Source of the DNA: Bacteroidales bacterium
Lineage (GTDB): Bacteria; Bacteroidota; Bacteroidia; Bacteroidales; Marinilabiliaceae
Length of the DNA stretch: 64,000 nt
Direction: 5' to 3'
Assembly (NCBI GenBank): GCA_003249255.1
Contig: QKJP01000029.1
Span: 94,499 to 158,498 of the forward strand
Under the pieces are notes generated by a model. The model was not told the DNA's origin. It ran no database searches and saw nothing but the letters and a program-made list of their open reading frames with translations. Shown here one piece after another: positions 59,560 to 64,000 of the stretch (position 1 is the first letter of the stretch; every line of letters begins with the position of its first letter). Made by a program: the position numbers and the translations under genes.

Positions 59560-61044
59560 ATGATAAAGTCAATATTAATTGCAAATAGAAGCGAGATAGC
59601 CATACGTATTTCGAAAACGGCTAAGCGATTGGGAATTAAAACCTACATGTTTTTAACCCATCAGGAACCCAATGCGCTTTATCTGGAACATGCCGATGAA
59701 GTAATTGATGTTTCAGCAGACACATTTACTAACATCTTTATGGATGTTGAAAAAATAGTTAATTACGCCTCCGAATATAAAATAGATGCAGTGCATCCCG
59801 GTTATGGATTTTTATCAGAAAATCCTTATCTGGCAAAATCTTGTGAAGATAAAGGGATTACGTTCATTGGCCCTTCTTATCTGAATATCGAAAAGATGGG
59901 TAATAAAGGAATTGCTCGTCAATTGGCCATTCAATCAAAAGTACCCGTAGTACCTGGTAGTGATGGGATTGTCGCATCCTTTAAAGAAGCTAAAGAATTT
60001 GTTGATTCTATTGGTTATCCGGTTATCGTAAAGGCTGTTGCAGGTGGTGGAGGAAAAGGAATGCGTATTGTTCAAAAAGCTAGTGAATTGCAAAAAATGT
60101 ACAATGCTGCATCTAACGAAGCTCAAACCATATTTGGTAACGGGGCTGTTTTTATCGAACGGTACATCCAAAAGCCGCGTCACATTGAGGTGCAGGTATT
60201 AGGTGATCAGCACGGAAATGTGGTTCATCTTTTCGATCGTGAGTGTAGTATTCAGCGGAAACATCAAAAATTAATGGAGGAAGCACCTTCTCCAGGTGTT
60301 TCTGATGAGTTACGTGCAGAACTCTGTAAAGATGCCGTTAACCTTTGTCATGCAACAGGTTATTACAGTGCGGGTACTGTTGAGTTCCTTGTGGACGAGA
60401 ACAATCATCATTATTTTATGGAGATGAATACACGTATCCAGGTCGAGCATCCGGTTACAGAAGCAATCACCGGTGTCGATTTAGTTGAACAGCAAATTAA
60501 AGTCGCGAATGGTGAAAAGCTGAGTATTTGTCAGGACGACATTAAAATACAAGGAAGTGCCATTGAGTTTCGTGTAAATGCCGAGGATGTTCAGGCAGGA
60601 TTTATTCCTTCGTCTGGGATTATCCAGTATTTAGAAGCTCCTGCTGATGAATCACTTCGCTTTGATAGTGGTTTTGTAAGTGGTAAGATCGTACCGGCTT
60701 GTTACGATTCATTGATCGCAAAAGCCATTGTGTTTGCTCCTACACGAGACGAAGTAATTGCAAAGAGTAAAAAAATCTTGAATGCCATTACCGTTAGAGG
60801 TATCAAAACAACCATTCCATTCTTTAAAGAAGTATTAACAACACCTTCATTCTTAAAAGGTCATTATTATACCAACTTCATCGAGAAGGATATGAAACAG
60901 CTTTACTTTAAGGAAGATGGAGAATATGAAGCAGCTGCTTGCATTGCCCTGGAAGCTTATTTGGAAGAACGAGCAAAACTTGAAACCGTTGAAGAAGGAC
61001 AAGCTGAAACAAGTCCTTGGATTATGAAAAGCATCTTAAAGTAG
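59560..61044 (+). CDS. accC: biotin carboxylase subunit of acetyl/propionyl-CoA carboxylase
   Basis: ATP-grasp biotin carboxylase motifs (GGGGKGMRIV, EMNTRIQVEHPVTE); 494 aa. Confidence 0.85.
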   Translation: MIKSILIANRSEIAIRISKTAKRLGIKTYMFLTHQEPNALYLEHADEVIDVSADTFTNIFMDVEKIVNYASEYKIDAVHPGYGFLSENPYLAKSCEDKGITFIGPSYLNIEKMGNKGIARQLAIQSKVPVVPGSDGIVASFKEAKEFVDSIGYPVIVKAVAGGGGKGMRIVQKASELQKMYNAASNEAQTIFGNGAVFIERYIQKPRHIEVQVLGDQHGNVVHLFDRECSIQRKHQKLMEEAPSPGVSDELRAELCKDAVNLCHATGYYSAGTVEFLVDENNHHYFMEMNTRIQVEHPVTEAITGVDLVEQQIKVANGEKLSICQDDIKIQGSAIEFRVNAEDVQAGFIPSSGIIQYLEAPADESLRFDSGFVSGKIVPACYDSLIAKAIVFAPTRDEVIAKSKKILNAITVRGIKTTIPFFKEVLTTPSFLKGHYYTNFIEKDMKQLYFKEDGEYEAAACIALEAYLEERAKLETVEEGQAETSPWIMKSILK

Positions 61045-61571
61045 ACATTGGTAGTATGGTAAAAGAAATTAAAATAGAACAGGCTTTATATGTGGTTGAT
61101 GAAAATAAACCTGTTGTAAAACTCGATAATTATCAGGTAGTTGATGCTAATGATAATACACTTCAGTTGGAAAGCTTGAAGCATTCTCCAAGCGAATACG
61201 AATTAACCCTAAACGGGAAAAAGTACACAGGTGAAGTTCTTAGCTTAAAGCAAAATGTGTGCACCGTTGTGGTAAATGGCAATACCTATAAATTTAATAT
61301 TGAAACTGAAAAATCATTTTCTCGGCAGAAGTTTTTGGCTACAGTAAATAGTCAGTTAAGCATGAATGTAAGTGCTCCACTTCCGGGAACAATCACTTCG
61401 GTTTTAGTTGATAAAGGGCAGAAGGTTGAAAAGGGAGAACCTTTGATGGAACTGGAAGCCATGAAAATGCAAAATGAAATTTTGTGTCCTATATCCGGTG
61501 AAGTTAGAGATATAAAGGTAAAAGAAGGAGATAGTGTGCTAAAGGATCAGATTTTGATTGAAGTGAAGTAA
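61017..61571 (+). CDS. biotin carboxyl carrier protein (biotinyl domain); the true start may be the internal Met at 61055
   Basis: C-terminal biotinyl-lysine motif LEAMKMQNEI. The 28-nt overlap with accC disappears if the start is at 61055. Confidence 0.75.
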   Translation: MDYEKHLKVDIGSMVKEIKIEQALYVVDENKPVVKLDNYQVVDANDNTLQLESLKHSPSEYELTLNGKKYTGEVLSLKQNVCTVVVNGNTYKFNIETEKSFSRQKFLATVNSQLSMNVSAPLPGTITSVLVDKGQKVEKGEPLMELEAMKMQNEILCPISGEVRDIKVKEGDSVLKDQILIEVK

Positions 61572-61765
61572 GCTGGTTTTTCTTGATGATACATACCCAC
61601 AAAAGCTCAACAATTGACTTTTGTGGGTTTTTTTTGAAGAAAAAGCGTGTGTTTAAATAACTTTAAAACATAATGTTAGCTTTGTGTTCTAAAGTTTTCT
61701 TCATTTTTCTTTACGTGTATTTGGGGCAATGGATGTCATACTGTTAAATAAAACCTTAGCAGTTT

Positions 61766-62911
61766 ATGAAAGTATTAAGCACATTCCTTTTTCTAGTTTT
61801 AAGCATTCATGTTTTTTCTCAGGGTACCGGAAGTTTTGTTATCCATACAGAACCAAGTGGAGCCGATATTAAGATCAAAGGCTTACCCGACATTAAAAAG
61901 CAATCTCCCTACTCGTTCACTGATTATTTACCCAATAAGTATTTGGTGCAAATTTCAAAAAATGGTTGTGAACCTTTGGATACTCTAATTTCATGCGAAA
62001 TTGGTCAAACCAAAGTATACGATCTTAAGCTCAATAAAATACAAGGTTTATTAAACGTATACACTTTACCACAAGGGGCCGATGTTTATATCGATGATGT
62101 ACTTGTAGGGCAAAGCCCCATTGATAGTCTAAAAGTTGAGGCCGGTGCCAGATCTGTTAAAATTCAGCACGCGGATTACAAGAGTTATCAGCAGGTTTAT
62201 CATGTAATAGCCGGTAATTCCTTCGATGTAATGCACGACTTTACCATGGCAGAGCAGGTGAGTACAACTAATTTAGCTTACAGTCAGCCATCTTATTCAG
62301 GTATGAAAATGTATCACGATGAAGAAGTTAATTTAACTTCAACTTCATCATCATCGTCAGAGAAAGACACCACCAAAACGAGCGGTTCAGATTTAGCAGA
62401 TGGTTTTGGTACGGTAGGTTTCTTTTGGATGACCGGAAAAATTGGACTCGAAGGGAGAACCACTCGTTTTGGAATGGATGTGTACCATATTTTACGTTTA
62501 AACATTGAGCAAAATAAGGAAGCTGATTTAAGTGGTTTTGGACTATCCTTTATCTTGCCTATCGATTTAGGTGGCGTTGGTATTTATGGAGGGATAGGTT
62601 TTATGATGCGCAGTTATTCTTATGATGTGACTTATCAGGAAACTTCAAATTACAGTAGCTCTTACGGTTACGATGAAAATTATACAACTACATCTCAATC
62701 AAATAGCGAGAGAGAAAAGGCCAGTATAACCATGGCCACTTTGACTTTGGGACTTTCCATACGGCCATGTAAACATTTTCAGTTATTTGGAGAGATAGAA
62801 TTGGCTACTTATGATGAGGATGAAGAAGAAGAAAATATTGAAGTTTATGAATCTAATGGACCAAAAATTAGTAATGCTTCAGCCTGGGCCGGAGTGAGAA
62901 TTGCTTTTTAG
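61766..62911 (+). CDS. PEGA-domain secreted protein with C-terminal beta-barrel-like region
   Basis: Signal peptide and two PEGA-like modules (GADIKIKG..., GADVYIDDVLVGQSP). Confidence 0.5.
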   Translation: MKVLSTFLFLVLSIHVFSQGTGSFVIHTEPSGADIKIKGLPDIKKQSPYSFTDYLPNKYLVQISKNGCEPLDTLISCEIGQTKVYDLKLNKIQGLLNVYTLPQGADVYIDDVLVGQSPIDSLKVEAGARSVKIQHADYKSYQQVYHVIAGNSFDVMHDFTMAEQVSTTNLAYSQPSYSGMKMYHDEEVNLTSTSSSSSEKDTTKTSGSDLADGFGTVGFFWMTGKIGLEGRTTRFGMDVYHILRLNIEQNKEADLSGFGLSFILPIDLGGVGIYGGIGFMMRSYSYDVTYQETSNYSSSYGYDENYTTTSQSNSEREKASITMATLTLGLSIRPCKHFQLFGEIELATYDEDEEEENIEVYESNGPKISNASAWAGVRIAF

Positions 62912-62950
62912 ATGAGTTTATTGAAGTAGGTTTAGTAATATTTTAGATTA

Positions 62951-63433
62951 GTGAAAATGATAAAATACATAAATCAAAGCATTCGAATATTAGCTGCATT
63001 AGTTTTTTGTTTAATTGGATTTGCCTGCGATAAAACAGATGGAAGTGGAAGCGGAGAAGTCGTTATTCAAATGATAGAGTTTGAAGAAACGAGAAGTAGA
63101 AAGTATTTAGATTTTCCGGATAATGGAACCATTCGAATTGATAATCCATATTTTGATTTTCATAATCCCGATACATGGACCGGGAACATTGAAAAATATG
63201 TAAAAGAGAGCTATACCTACAATGTGGATTATGCGGTTCGAAACGTTGGTGATGGAAAAGCTTACGATGTGATATTAAAACTCAACTATGTGTTCGATAA
63301 TGGAGAAGAGGAAGATAGAGAAATAACGATCGGAGCAATTGGAGCCAATAGCAGTTTTAATAATTCTTCAATGTTTTTTTGTCAAAATAAACAATTGGTT
63401 AAATGTCGGGGAAAGGTTTATTGGGGAGATTAA
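62951..63433 (+). CDS. hypothetical lipoprotein
   Basis: Lipobox LIGFACDK; 160 aa. Confidence 0.4.
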   Translation: MKMIKYINQSIRILAALVFCLIGFACDKTDGSGSGEVVIQMIEFEETRSRKYLDFPDNGTIRIDNPYFDFHNPDTWTGNIEKYVKESYTYNVDYAVRNVGDGKAYDVILKLNYVFDNGEEEDREITIGAIGANSSFNNSSMFFCQNKQLVKCRGKVYWGD

Positions 63434-63574
63434 GCATCCCAAGAAGTACTGTGGATTCATTGATGACTTAAACAACAAGAGGGTAATTTGCATAGCATTA
63501 TGTGCTAATGTTTCAATATGTAAATTAGGGCTGCGTTCTTGTGTCTCATGTTATAATATTAATACATAAAAAAC

Positions 63575-63612
63575 AAAAAACCGGATCAACTGATTGCTGA
63601 ATCCGGTTTTTA
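63575..63612. terminator. bidirectional rho-independent terminator between convergent genes
   Basis: A6-CCGGAT-loop-ATCCGG-T5. Confidence 0.6.
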
Positions 63613-63618
63613 TTCAAA

Positions 63619-64000
63619 CTATTCACCTAAAATATCCTTGAGTCGTTGATGCCTCACATCTTTACCTTCCAAAGAATAAATAGAAGCTTCAGCAATGTTA
63701 GTGGCGTGATCTGCAATGCGTTCGATGTTTGATAGAATAGTTCTTACATCGATATAAGAAAGAATGCTTTCTTTTACATTTTTCGATAATTCTTTTTCCT
63801 TTAATGATTGATTAAGCAATTTTTTATCCATTGCATCCACTAATTCATCACTCTTTAAAATGTCGAACGCAATTTCGATTTCATCATTTATAAACGAGAA
63901 AAGTGCATCTTCTACCATTTTGTGCGTTGTGTCAAAAATCTCTTTTAATAGAGTTGTTAATTCAGGCGTGATAGCTCTTTTTTCAATTGCGGTAATGCAT
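63619..64000 (-). CDS. phoU: phosphate-transport regulator PhoU (N-terminus lies outside the window)
   Basis: PhoU repeat motif ERIADHATNIAEASIY. The frame stays open to the window edge. Confidence 0.7.
   Translation of the reverse strand, partial: CITAIEKRAITPELTTLLKEIFDTTHKMVEDALFSFINDEIEIAFDILKSDELVDAMDKKLLNQSLKEKELSKNVKESILSYIDVRTILSNIERIADHATNIAEASIYSLEGKDVRHQRLKDILGE

Noticed and set aside
61017-61054. 28-nt overlap between accC and the BCCP ORF
   Set aside because: This is probably an artefact of choosing the longest ORF. An in-frame Met at 61055 (MVKEIKIEQ...) removes the overlap and gives a typical ~170-aa BCCP.

Overview
This is an AT-rich (~35% GC) chromosomal segment from a Bacteroidota-type genome. 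Supporting signs are T9SS C-terminal sorting domains, many lipoproteins, weak Shine-Dalgarno usage, and MATE, NfeD and flotillin genes. Housekeeping blocks: a biotin operon (partial bioF, then bioG, bioC and bioD), nadD-gmk-yicC, dinB, a tRNA-Arg(TCT), a three-gene biotin-dependent acyl-CoA carboxylase, and a partial phoU at the right edge. Accessory material sits between them: two two-component systems, two MATE exporters, paired redoxins, and many secreted or membrane hypotheticals. There are two small non-autonomous repeat families resembling miniature inverted-repeat transposable elements (MITEs): family 1 is ~280 bp in 4 copies, and family 2 is ~160-200 bp in 3 copies plus a fragment, with terminal inverted repeats and 9-11 bp target-site duplications. 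The most unusual locus is a co-oriented cluster at 30.3-39.1 kb. It encodes an NfeD/YqiJ-like membrane protein, a 702-aa SPFH/flotillin, a 1629-aa protein of unknown architecture with a C-terminal AAA+ (MoxR/AAA_5-like) ATPase, and a TerB-like protein. A GC-rich palindrome cluster precedes the giant gene, and a duplicated structured non-coding segment follows it. Other observations: a paralog pair of 2-TM proteins sharing a conserved C-terminal module; a tandemly duplicated T9SS cargo gene whose second copy is frameshifted; a 37-bp identical element with an orphan terminator upstream of both copies; and the intergenic motif AATGTGCTAATTA in five copies (two sit inside the duplicated 38222-38640 arms) plus related AATGTGCAAATT variants. 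No CRISPR array, integrase or prophage was seen.
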